The notes under the pieces are model-generated. The model saw only the letters and a list, made by a program, of their open reading frames with translations. It ran no database searches and had not been told where the DNA came from. Shown here piece by piece: positions 37,925-47,086 of a DNA stretch of 64,000 nucleotides. The stretch spans positions 9,922 to 73,921 of the IMG/VR virus record IMGVR_UViG_3300043783_000034. One strand, given 5' to 3'. Positions within the stretch are counted from its first letter, which is position 1. Every line of letters begins with the position of its first letter. Made by a program: the position numbers and the translations under genes. Source of the stretch: a virus.

Positions 37925-40920
37925 TGCGCCGCCTCGCGCTCGCCGCGCTCGCGCTCGTGCTGTGGTGCTCGGGCGCGCTGGCGCAATCGTCCTGCACCAT
38001 CGGTGGCATCAACATTTTCGCGCCCGGGGTCATTCCAACGCCGGGTCAGTGGGCGCAATGCTTAGAGTCCAAGCAGGACTTTCTCGGATCATCCGCGCTT
38101 GCCGTAACCAACGTCTTTGGCACCGCGCCGATCACGGTCAATGTCGCCGGGACGATTGTCACAATCGGGATCTCAAACGGCGTGAGCGTCGTCAATCCCG
38201 GCACTGGTACGCTTGAGACGGTGTTTCCGATTCAGACGGTAGCGGGCGCAAGCAAGACCTTCGCGACCGCCGACCTGTTCAAGGAAACCCGCCGGTCGAA
38301 TTCCGGGTCGGCGATGACCGATACCTTTCCGGCTGCGACTGTCACCGGCATAGTGTCCGGCACGCGGATCACCGTCACGAACGTGGATGCGACTGCGACC
38401 GATACAATCACGGCCGGTTCTGGCACTACGATCTCCGGCAATGCCACCTATGCGGTTGGGCCCGGGCGCGCGGTGCAGTTCGCGTATGATCTGGCTAATA
38501 CGGAGTGGCGCCCAACACTCAACACCGGCGATGCGCTGCTCGGGCCGAACAATCTCAATGACGTTTCTAATCGCGCAACGGCGCTCGCCAACTTGATGCC
38601 GACGCCAACGCGCGCCGGCGATATCGTGTATTGGAATGGCTCGAACTGGGTCACGCTCGCTGGCAATAATTCCGGTACCCAGTGCCTCGTCGAGAACTCT
38701 TCTGGGTCCCCGACTTGGACGAACTGCGGGCCAGCCGGTTCATCTGGGCAAGTGCAGACCAACTCTGGCAGTGGGTCTTTTGCAGCGCTTACCAACACGC
38801 AGCTTACAGCGCTCATCAATGTTGCCACCGCGAGCCTGTCTGGCGCCCTTCCGGCATGGCCAAACACCACTACAACGTATTTTCGTGGCGACGGTACGTA
38901 TCAAACACTGAACCCAACTGCGGTCGGCGCGCTCGCAATTTCCAACAATCTCAGCGATGTCGCCAGCAAGACGACCGCTCAGAACAACCTGTTTCCATCG
39001 CCAACCCGGGCCGGCGATATCGTGTATTGGAATGGCTCGAACTGGGTCACGCTCGCTGGCAATAATTCCGGTACCCAGTGCCTCGTCGAGAACTCTTCTG
39101 GGTCCCCGACTTGGACGAACTGCGGTTGGGCGATCAATGCGGTGCAAACCTATGGGGCGGTCGGCGACGACAACACCGACAACACGGCGGCGATGACATC
39201 CGCCATCAATCAGGTCAATTCCGTCGGTGGATTTGTAGCGTGGCCGGAAGGCTCATATCGTTACAACTGCGCGAGCACTCCAGCCATCACGGCGACGGGT
39301 GGCGGATTTATCGGCGTCGGATCAGGCTCGGCCTATACGTCGCAGAACACTGGACCATCGGGCGCGGCTCACGGCACGATTTTCCGCTGCACGAGCGCCA
39401 CCGCCAATTCGCTGACGACGGGCGGATCAATCGGTTTTGCGATTCGCGATATTGGCTTTTGGCCGGTACCGTTTAAAACCGGCGGCTTTGAAATACAGGA
39501 TGGCGGAACCAACACGATAATAGATAACGTTAGCTGCTCGTACGTCAACGGATGTATTTTCTTTGGCGGCGGGTCAAATGGAAGCTCGGCCCGTCACACG
39601 CGATGTTTCGGTGTTTTCGGATCGACCGGATGCGTGATGACGCAAGGGTCTTCATCCGCAATCGCCAACTGGGCGCAAGGCATTCTGGTCGACGACATTA
39701 TCGCATATAATCCTTGGCCTGTTTCTGAACCCGGCCAAACGGCATCTATCAATGCAAGCTGGACGGCAGGCGCGACCTACGCGACAGGCGCGATCGTCAT
39801 AAACGGCAATTATGTCTTTCAGGCGATCACCGGCGGTGTTGCGGCTGCAAGCGGAGGAGGTCCGGTTCCTCCATCATATAGTTTTGCCGGCGCCCCAACG
39901 ACGACCGGAATTACGGACAATACCGTCGTCTGGCATATGACAGAGGCGGCGCAGGCCGGGGCCGTGAATGTAGATTCGAACTCCGTTAACATCACGATCA
40001 GCAATGCGCAATTGCTGACGTTTTTTTGGGGCCTCATAGTTGAAAATACGCTATCGTCAAGTCAATACCCTCAGGATGTAACCATTTCACTGTACTTGGT
40101 AGACAGCACGTTAGGCGACAGCATTTTCGCTCCCGCCGGCTCGCGGCTTAGCATACTTGACGGTCGCATGCACGAATCCGCTATTGGGCGTGGATTCACC
40201 GGTGGAGCGGGCTTCACTGGCGGACTGCTCATCCGCGGCAATCACGTTTGGAAAGCGGCGCTTAATGGCATCCAGTTGCCGCCGATTACAAATTGTATTT
40301 GCACCGTGGTCGACAACGTGATTGCGGGTAATGGCGCCAAAACGTCAAATACCTATGCCGGTATTCTTATCGGGTCATCGACAACCAAAGTCACGGCGCG
40401 TGGAAATACGATAGGCCCGGACGCGGCGGGCGGCGGTACGCAGTCGTATGGCATGACGATAGATGCCGGCAGCGACAGCCTTGAGATTGATCACAACAAC
40501 CTGTGCGGCAACGGCACGGGTGGGATGTTGAACGGTGCGACGACAGTGAACAGCGTCATCGTCGACAATCTTTGTTATAACCCGGTTGGTGTCACGGCAG
40601 CCGCAAATGTCGGCACATCGCCAGCTACGATCACGAACGGCGCGACGCCGGCGACGCATTACCTCAATCAATCAGCCACCAATACTGCAACCGTCGCCAA
40701 AGGCGGCCGCGCCGTCGCGACGCTCGCGGGCTCGTCAACCTATTACCCAATCCAGCTCGGCCCGAACGAGAGCTACACGGTGACGTGGAGCACGACGCAG
40801 CCGACTTACACCGCTGACGTGCATCTGCGCGACGACGCGTTTGCCGCGCGAATGCTCGATGTGGCGAACGATAACGAGGAAATTTTCTACAAGGCCGCGC
40901 GGCGGTCAAATGGACGGTGA
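37921..40920 (+). CDS. tailspike with right-handed beta-helix (pectin-lyase fold) and signal peptide
   Basis: MMRRLALAALALVLWCSGALA-Q; NNLSDV repeats; YGAVGD..TDNTAA...WPEGSY beta-helix cap; Asn-ladder repeats. Confidence 0.82.
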   Translation: MMRRLALAALALVLWCSGALAQSSCTIGGINIFAPGVIPTPGQWAQCLESKQDFLGSSALAVTNVFGTAPITVNVAGTIVTIGISNGVSVVNPGTGTLETVFPIQTVAGASKTFATADLFKETRRSNSGSAMTDTFPAATVTGIVSGTRITVTNVDATATDTITAGSGTTISGNATYAVGPGRAVQFAYDLANTEWRPTLNTGDALLGPNNLNDVSNRATALANLMPTPTRAGDIVYWNGSNWVTLAGNNSGTQCLVENSSGSPTWTNCGPAGSSGQVQTNSGSGSFAALTNTQLTALINVATASLSGALPAWPNTTTTYFRGDGTYQTLNPTAVGALAISNNLSDVASKTTAQNNLFPSPTRAGDIVYWNGSNWVTLAGNNSGTQCLVENSSGSPTWTNCGWAINAVQTYGAVGDDNTDNTAAMTSAINQVNSVGGFVAWPEGSYRYNCASTPAITATGGGFIGVGSGSAYTSQNTGPSGAAHGTIFRCTSATANSLTTGGSIGFAIRDIGFWPVPFKTGGFEIQDGGTNTIIDNVSCSYVNGCIFFGGGSNGSSARHTRCFGVFGSTGCVMTQGSSSAIANWAQGILVDDIIAYNPWPVSEPGQTASINASWTAGATYATGAIVINGNYVFQAITGGVAAASGGGPVPPSYSFAGAPTTTGITDNTVVWHMTEAAQAGAVNVDSNSVNITISNAQLLTFFWGLIVENTLSSSQYPQDVTISLYLVDSTLGDSIFAPAGSRLSILDGRMHESAIGRGFTGGAGFTGGLLIRGNHVWKAALNGIQLPPITNCICTVVDNVIAGNGAKTSNTYAGILIGSSTTKVTARGNTIGPDAAGGGTQSYGMTIDAGSDSLEIDHNNLCGNGTGGMLNGATTVNSVIVDNLCYNPVGVTAAANVGTSPATITNGATPATHYLNQSATNTATVAKGGRAVATLAGSSTYYPIQLGPNESYTVTWSTTQPTYTADVHLRDDAFAARMLDVANDNEEIFYKAARRSNGR
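38614..39125 (+). repeat. perfect 116-bp direct repeat (38614-38729 and 39010-39125)
   Basis: Copies identical when read base by base; offset 396 bp, in frame. Confidence 0.92.
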
Positions 40921-41187
40921 CGGGATGGCCGCGCTTCTGAACCGCATCTGGGCCGCCGTCACAATCGGGCTCATCGTCTGCATTTCTTTGAGCCGGACGC
41001 TGACCACACACCACATTGAAGAGGAAACGCAAAAATGAAGGTTTTAACACTATGCGCCGCGCTCATCCTCTCAGCATTGACGCCGATGGCGGCTATGCGC
41101 CACCGCAGCCGCCTCCGGGGGAGTTGCCACCGCGGCCGCCGGGCGTCAACATGCCTCCCCGTCCAGTCTTACAGAGGTAGAATTCCC

Positions 41188-41577
41188 ATGAAACGCTTTT
41201 TGATTGCGGTCGCGCTCGCGACCGCGCCCTCCGTCGCCTTTGCGCAGCAGCAGGCTCCGCAGCAGGTGCCGCCGCCAGATCCAGAGATCCTGCAGTATTC
41301 GATCAATGCGGTCCGCGACCAGCGCAATCGGGCGTTTGACGAGGCCGCCGGTGCTGAGGCTGCGCTTGCCAAGGTGCAGTCGGTCAACAACCAGCTCCAG
41401 ACAATGATCGCCAATTCAAAGAAAGAGGCCGCCGATGCTGGCAGCCGCGCCAAGACGGCCGAGGATCGCGCCACGAAGGCTGAGACCGCGCTCGCGGCCG
41501 CGCTGGACCGCGCCACCAAGGCCGAGAGCGCGGTCTCGGCCGCGCCAGCGCCCGCCAAGGAAGGAAGGGAGCCATGA
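41188..41577 (+). CDS. secreted coiled-coil protein
   Basis: MKRFLIAVALATAPSVAFA-QQ signal; Ala-rich heptads. Confidence 0.7.
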   Translation: MKRFLIAVALATAPSVAFAQQQAPQQVPPPDPEILQYSINAVRDQRNRAFDEAAGAEAALAKVQSVNNQLQTMIANSKKEAADAGSRAKTAEDRATKAETALAAALDRATKAESAVSAAPAPAKEGREP

Positions 41578-41701
41578 TCCTGCCGGGCTATTCGGCGATT
41601 TTTCATCGCTTGCGCATCATCGGCGCGACAATCTTTGCGTCTGCGACCATCCTTGCCTCGGCGGGAATCTGCTATTCTCTCCCGTGAAGGGGGAGTAAAT
41701 C

Positions 41702-42040
41702 ATGCGAAAGGTTTGCCTTCTGGCGGCCGCAGCTTCAATGCTGGCGGCCGTTTTCGTTTCCGGCGCCGCCGCGCGCGATGATGGGCGCTACGCCCAAAGC
41801 CCGCTGAAAGAGTGGTTCGATAGCCTGTCGAGTAGCAGAGGCTATTGCTGTTCGGAGGCCGACGGCCGTGAAACCGAATACGACATTCGCGGTGACAAAT
41901 TCTGGGTGCCCGTCGACGGCGTGTGGCAAGAAGTGCCGGACGATGCGCTCATAACCAGCCCGAACCGGCTGGGGCGGCCGATGCTTTGGCTCGACGGTTC
42001 GCACAATATTCGCTGCTTCATTCCAGGATCCGGGCTGTGA
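41702..42040 (+). CDS. small secreted Cys-containing protein
   Basis: GGGGAG RBS; signal peptide; WFDSL...CCSEADG...RCFIPG. Confidence 0.75.
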   Translation: MRKVCLLAAAASMLAAVFVSGAAARDDGRYAQSPLKEWFDSLSSSRGYCCSEADGRETEYDIRGDKFWVPVDGVWQEVPDDALITSPNRLGRPMLWLDGSHNIRCFIPGSGL

Positions 42041-42180
42041 CTCGCGCGCGGCGCCCGTGGTGGCGTCGCCCGCGCGTTTTTGCCGACTCCATCCTGATGG
42101 CCGTCATTTTGCTGGTGTTCGCGATGACGGCCTATGTTATATGCGCGGCCATCATCGATTACATTTTCGCGAGGCCATAA
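42037..42180 (+). CDS. small membrane protein
   Basis: GTGA overlap; one TM helix. Confidence 0.45.
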   Translation: MTRARRPWWRRPRVFADSILMAVILLVFAMTAYVICAAIIDYIFARP

Positions 42181-42181
42181 C

Positions 42182-42925
42182 ATGACCAACAGACCATACT
42201 GCATCGACATCTATCAAGGCGACGACGTTCTCGACGCACCCGGACAGGTGGACGCCGGTTTCGTCAAGGCGAAGGCCTACGGCATCGCGTTTCTCGATCA
42301 TAAGGCCAGTCAGGGTACCGGCATGGTGGACAGCCGGTGTGCGCTCCGTCGCTCGAAATGGATGGACGGAGAGCCGATCCCCGTGACCGACATTGACGGC
42401 ACGGTGCTGCAACTCAAACCGCGCTGGGGCTTCTACCACTACAACGGTGGCGCATCGGCTGCGTCTGAGGCCGCGCATTTCCTCGCCGTCGTCAAGCCGA
42501 TGTTCGAGAAGGGTGATGATCTTTGTCTCGACTGGGAGGACATCGGCGCGTCCGGCACGCAAATGTCGGCAGAATGGGCAGACGATTTCTGCAAGGACGT
42601 CGAGGATTGGTCCGGTTTCCCAATGAAGGTGTACGGTGGCGACGCTCCCCGTGAACAGCTTCTCCGGGCTTCTACCGCGATCCTCGAGCGCTTCGCCGCG
42701 CGCCGCTTCTGGTTCTGTCAGTACGGCGCATTCAATACCGCGCTAGTACCGCTGCCATGGAAGGGCAAGCCGACCGGCGTCTTCCAGTGGCAGGACGATG
42801 GCGATCAATACGGCCCGGGACCGCACACCATCCCCGGTGTCGAACGCTATTGTGACAACTCCACGGTCGTCGGTGCCATGACGGTAGCGAAGATGAATGC
42901 GCTATGGGGCGGCGGCTCGGCATGA
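42182..42925 (+). CDS. endolysin, GH25 muramidase-like
   Basis: IDIYQG, HKASQG, GFYHY, LDWED (DxE), WFCQYG, FQWQ. Confidence 0.8.
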   Translation: MTNRPYCIDIYQGDDVLDAPGQVDAGFVKAKAYGIAFLDHKASQGTGMVDSRCALRRSKWMDGEPIPVTDIDGTVLQLKPRWGFYHYNGGASAASEAAHFLAVVKPMFEKGDDLCLDWEDIGASGTQMSAEWADDFCKDVEDWSGFPMKVYGGDAPREQLLRASTAILERFAARRFWFCQYGAFNTALVPLPWKGKPTGVFQWQDDGDQYGPGPHTIPGVERYCDNSTVVGAMTVAKMNALWGGGSA

Positions 42926-43131
42926 ATGATCCGGCCGACTGGCCTGCGCTAGAAGCGGCAATCAACAAGGCTTTTGACGCTTACGTCGAGTGCCTTTTTG
43001 ATGTGATGGTTTCCGGCATGATCACTGGCCTTGAGGCAGACGCTCGCAGGCGATTCGCCAGCGGCCTCGAGAAGGCCATAGAAGCCAAGCGACTCGCCAT
43101 GAGCGTGGTCGATGAAAGGGCCAAGCAATGA
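42922..43131 (+). CDS. hypothetical protein
   Basis: ATGA coupling at both ends. Confidence 0.6.
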   Translation: MNDPADWPALEAAINKAFDAYVECLFDVMVSGMITGLEADARRRFASGLEKAIEAKRLAMSVVDERAKQ

Positions 43132-43934
43132 AGGTCATCCGCCACCCGATCACGGGCCAACCATTTTGCATGGGGCGCACCCGGCCGGCTATGCGGCCGC
43201 AACTTCGTTTCGCGCGATATCTGGATGTGGTGGATCTTCCGGCATCGCCCGTCGCTGTTGATTACGCTTCGAAGGCCACGACGATCCTTTTCCAGATTCT
43301 GGGCAACGATCAGTATGGCGATTGCACGGTTGCGGGTGCCTTTCACGTCCATGGCACGATTCTCGCCAATGCTGGCGAGCCGCCCGACCCTGACCTGAGC
43401 GCCGCCAATGCCACGAACCTTTACCTGCAACTCACTGGTGGCAAGGATATCGGCCTTGACGAGCAGACCGTACTCAATCACTGGCAGAAGGATGGCCTGT
43501 TGCCCGGCGGCACGCGCAAGATCGCTGGATGGATGGCGGTCGATGCAACAAACAAGGCGCACTGCCAACTAGCGGCATGGCTCTTTGAAAACCTGTATTT
43601 CGGCGTCGAGTTGCCCGACGCTTGGATCAATCCGATGCCGAGCGCATCCGGATTTCTGTGGGACGTTGCCGGTGCGCCTGATCCCGATAACGGCCATTGC
43701 TTCGTCGCACCCGGCTATGATGCCGCAGGTCCGAAATGCGCCACTTGGGGCATGGTCGGGAATGTTTCCTGGGAGGCTGTGGCGAAGTATGCGGTCGACA
43801 GCGCCAGCGGCGAACTCTACACGGTCATCAGCGCGGATGGCATTGCCAAGGCCACCGCGCGCTGCCCAGCTGGCGTCGATTGGGCAGGCCTTGTGGCGGA
43901 CTTTGCCGCGCTCGGCGGCACCGCGACCGCGTAG
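43128..43934 (+). CDS. papain-like cysteine peptidase
   Basis: GNDQYGDCTVA (Cys), GHCFVAPGYD (His), TWG. Confidence 0.65.
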   Translation: MKVIRHPITGQPFCMGRTRPAMRPQLRFARYLDVVDLPASPVAVDYASKATTILFQILGNDQYGDCTVAGAFHVHGTILANAGEPPDPDLSAANATNLYLQLTGGKDIGLDEQTVLNHWQKDGLLPGGTRKIAGWMAVDATNKAHCQLAAWLFENLYFGVELPDAWINPMPSASGFLWDVAGAPDPDNGHCFVAPGYDAAGPKCATWGMVGNVSWEAVAKYAVDSASGELYTVISADGIAKATARCPAGVDWAGLVADFAALGGTATA

Positions 43935-43949
43935 GAAGGAATATTCACA

Positions 43950-44126
43950 ATGGCAAAAGCACTCGAGACACTCGCGGCCGAGGTGGCGACATCAGAATCG
44001 GCCTTCGGCATCGACTGGCCGACATTCAAGGCCGGCTTTGCGGAGCTCGTCGCGCGCATCGAGACGGTAGAGGCCGAATTGCAACAGTTGAAGCAAAACG
44101 TGGCGGCTGCTCAGAAGGGGCAGTGA
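43950..44126 (+). CDS. small coiled-coil protein (58 aa)
   Basis: AGGAAGGA RBS; heptad pattern. Confidence 0.55.
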   Translation: MAKALETLAAEVATSESAFGIDWPTFKAGFAELVARIETVEAELQQLKQNVAAAQKGQ

Positions 44127-44185
44127 CGCACCGATCGATTTCAGATAAGGCGATGGTTGCTGACCTTTGAGGGGGAGCAACCACC

Positions 44186-45133
44186 ATGAAGTTTGACTGG
44201 ATTCTCATTGTCGCCTGCATCACTACGATTTTGCAGGCGGTAGCATCTGGCACCATTCACCTCACGGATATGGTGCCTGACCAGTACCTCAAGAAGATCA
44301 CCGCCTGGGCCGGGTTCTTCGCCTTCTGCAACTCCACGTTCTTAACGGTCGTCGTCGGCATCAAGACGAACGCAGCGACAGCCATGGGAGAAACCATCAT
44401 GCGATATGCATCCGCCGCATTGCGGCTCATCATCGTCTTGCTACTCGCCGTCTTCGTGTTCCTCGCGCCCGCCGCGCGCGCGGCCGACATGCCGCTCGCC
44501 GTGCCGGATACGCCGGTTTACACGAAGGCGGTGCCGAAGCGCCTGACGCTCGCGTCGACGCCGTGCACCGTCCTATCGTGCAGCGGCTTCTATGGCGGCG
44601 TGACGGTCCTCGGCAGCGGATCGAATCTCGACATCATCGGCGGCGGCATCAACAATTCGGTGCTCGCCGGTGGCGCCACCGCAGGCGTCGATGCCGGCTA
44701 TCAGCTTTGGAATGGCCAGTGGTTCGCCGACATCGAAGCATTCATCGGCTATACGCTAAACGCCAACAACAATCAGGTGACCGCGCCAGCGAATGCGAAC
44801 CACTGGGCGGCCTACCAAGTGGTCGACGTCGGCTATGGCCTGTCGAATCTGTTCGGCACCAACGGCAATGCGCCATCGCCCTCGCAGGGACCAGTGACAA
44901 TTCCGACCGCGCTCGCTTCGACGCTGATCTCGCCGTTCATCAGTTTCGGTGCGTGCGAGCGGCCATGGGGAACAGCATGGTGCACCGGCGCCGGCGCCGC
45001 CTTCGTGCTCGCGCCGCAATGGGAACTCAAGATCCGCTATCTGTATGCCAACTATTCGAACGCTCAGGTAAACCTGAACACGACGCAGCAGTCCGACAAT
45101 TACGTGGGCGTCTCGGCCAATTATAAATTCTGA
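44186..45133 (+). CDS. holin-like TM domain fused to an Omp31/RopB-like outer-membrane beta-barrel
   Basis: Two TMs, then a signal-like helix ending ARA-ADMP..YTKA, SGFYGG, C-terminal GVSANYKF beta-signal. Confidence 0.72.
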   Translation: MKFDWILIVACITTILQAVASGTIHLTDMVPDQYLKKITAWAGFFAFCNSTFLTVVVGIKTNAATAMGETIMRYASAALRLIIVLLLAVFVFLAPAARAADMPLAVPDTPVYTKAVPKRLTLASTPCTVLSCSGFYGGVTVLGSGSNLDIIGGGINNSVLAGGATAGVDAGYQLWNGQWFADIEAFIGYTLNANNNQVTAPANANHWAAYQVVDVGYGLSNLFGTNGNAPSPSQGPVTIPTALASTLISPFISFGACERPWGTAWCTGAGAAFVLAPQWELKIRYLYANYSNAQVNLNTTQQSDNYVGVSANYKF

Positions 45134-45172
45134 CGCGAACTCCCTGCGCGTCAGCGACAGACTTTCTAAATC

Positions 45173-45211
45173 AAGGGCGGCGTGGCCTATTGCAGGCCAA
45201 GGCCGCCCTTT
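45173..45211 (+). terminator. probable intrinsic terminator
   Basis: AAGGGCGGC..TGGCCT-ATTGC-AGGCCA..GCCGCCCTTT hairpin. Confidence 0.65.
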
Positions 45212-45257
45212 CTACGTCTTGGCAAGGACACCGGCCGACGCGAGAAAGGCCGCGCCA

Positions 45258-45566
45258 ATGCTCCGACAACTGATGGTGGAGTTGGGCGTCGACCCTAAGT
45301 CGTTGTTCTGGAGCTTCTTCGGATCGATTGCGGCGATCTATTTCATTCCCGCGCCGCGGACGCCTAGTGCGGCGTTCTGGACGGTCGTCGTCGGCACGAT
45401 CTTCGGAACCAGTTTCACGCCGCTCGCGTCTAACCTATGGTCGATCGCCGAAACTTACGCCAATGGCATCGCCACGCTGATAGGGTTCCTCGGAATGCCA
45501 GCGGGCCAGGCCATTCGAGTCGGGTTCCGCAAGTGGAAACCTTCATTCCCGGAGCGAAAATCATGA
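45258..45566 (+). CDS. holin-like membrane protein
   Basis: Three predicted TMs and a basic C-terminus; in the lysis region. Confidence 0.6.
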   Translation: MLRQLMVELGVDPKSLFWSFFGSIAAIYFIPAPRTPSAAFWTVVVGTIFGTSFTPLASNLWSIAETYANGIATLIGFLGMPAGQAIRVGFRKWKPSFPERKS

Positions 45567-45919
45567 CCGAACTCGATCTCGAGCACGCGCACATCGTAAA
45601 CGACTTCATCAATGCGGTCGGCTTCTTCGGCGGACTGCTCGCCGCTGGATTGGCGATCTATACATTGCTCGGCTGGATCGGCGCACCGACGGATGGGCCG
45701 CACATACGGCTTGCGCGCAGTCTGGTCTTTGCTCTGATCGCCATTGGCTTCATGGGTCTTTTCGCGTTTCCTGATGCAGGCTTTTCGATCAACTTACCGC
45801 TCGCGGTGCTGGTGATCGGCGTCGTCGGGCAGATGTTAATCACGGCATGGTCGGCTTGGTGGAATCACCGACGCAGCGCAGCGCCACGCGCACCATTCAT
45901 GTGGGGACACTGGCGCTGA
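45563..45919 (+). CDS. membrane protein
   Basis: Three hydrophobic helices; ATGA coupling. Confidence 0.6.
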   Translation: MTELDLEHAHIVNDFINAVGFFGGLLAAGLAIYTLLGWIGAPTDGPHIRLARSLVFALIAIGFMGLFAFPDAGFSINLPLAVLVIGVVGQMLITAWSAWWNHRRSAAPRAPFMWGHWR

Positions 45920-46291
45920 TTTCGAATAATGGCCACCGCTACCGCTCTGCCTCGGGCCGACCGATAACGCGCCCCGATTGGAGGCGATGCGCGCTACCAT
46001 GTACCGCCGGGGGCTGAGGTCAACCCTGGGGGCTAACGGGCGGCCCGGCGATGCACCTCTTATCGTTTCTTGCCTCTCAGCTTGCGTTTGACGCGGCGAC
46101 TTATCGCCTCATCTGGCTCAGTCGCCTTCGCATCGTCAGGGGCACCGGATAGTTGTCGGGCTAATTGGTTCGGCCGGACTTCGCGCATCGCGCGGAGCGC
46201 GTCGGCCTTGGGTGTCGGATCTTTGCTCACAGGCTTGGCTCCCGGCTGGCGACGACTCGACGGATCGTCGGCGACCAGCGCTGGGCGGCAG

Positions 46292-47041
46292 TCATGGCCT
46301 CGCTGCCCTTCGGCGGTAGAGTTCGGCGCCGGCGGTATGGCGAATGTCTTCGTCAAATTTATCGCCTTGGTCCAGAACCCATTGAAGGTAATCGTCAGGA
46401 ATCGTGTCGACCGATTTGCCTTGATGCTTGCCAAAGTGAAAGCGCCGCAGATAGGCCGGCATGCGGCTAACCTCGATCATCTGCGCGAGCACCTCGTCGA
46501 CTGTCGGATGCGATGGGTCAGCGAGCGCGCGCACGATCATGAGACGGAGGAGCGCGCCAGTCACCGTCACGTCGCCGGGCGCACGGTGCGGCTCCGGTAC
46601 GCTGGCGAGGCGCAGCTTGAGCCAGTAGCGAAGCACCTGATTGGCGTGCGACGGCGCGTCGGGCCACATGCGCAGTGCGACCTTGCGCGTGCAGATAACC
46701 GGGATGATGTCGGTCGGCTGCTTGAACCATTGCAGATCGAACCGCGCGTGGTGGATGGCGATAGCGGCGAGCGGACCACGGAATATGTATCCTTGCATCG
46801 TATCGTCGAATGCCGGAGCCTCGAGCACGTCGTCATCAACAATGTGGTGGATGGCGCTCGCCTGCGGCGGGATCGACTTGCCGGGATTGCAAAGGCTCGA
46901 CCACGATTCGCCGCGCGCGATGGTGCCGCCCTCGTCGATGACAAGATCGGTCGTAGCGACTTCGCAAACGCCGCCGTCTTCTGGCTTGAGGCCGCAGGTC
47001 TCAAGATCGATGCAGCGTACGATGCGTGGGGCGATGCTCAC
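46292..47041 (-). CDS. DEDDh 3'-5' exonuclease (ExoX-like)
   Basis: IDLETCG, HHARFD, HRAPGDV, C-terminal FGKHQGK...IPDDYLQW. Confidence 0.85.
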   Translation of the reverse strand: MSIAPRIVRCIDLETCGLKPEDGGVCEVATTDLVIDEGGTIARGESWSSLCNPGKSIPPQASAIHHIVDDDVLEAPAFDDTMQGYIFRGPLAAIAIHHARFDLQWFKQPTDIIPVICTRKVALRMWPDAPSHANQVLRYWLKLRLASVPEPHRAPGDVTVTGALLRLMIVRALADPSHPTVDEVLAQMIEVSRMPAYLRRFHFGKHQGKSVDTIPDDYLQWVLDQGDKFDEDIRHTAGAELYRRRAARP

Positions 47042-47086
47042 CGGGAAACCTCCGGGCGCCGTAGGGGCTGGTGACGGTCAAGAGGC

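Noticed and set aside
38614-39125. Diversity-generating retroelement TR/VR pair
   Set aside because: Copies are identical with no adenine-specific mismatches, both lie inside one ORF, and no reverse transcriptase is in the window
45920-46060. tRNA, ncRNA or att site in the convergent gap
   Set aside because: Only GC-rich partial hairpins; no cloverleaf or second att copy recognised
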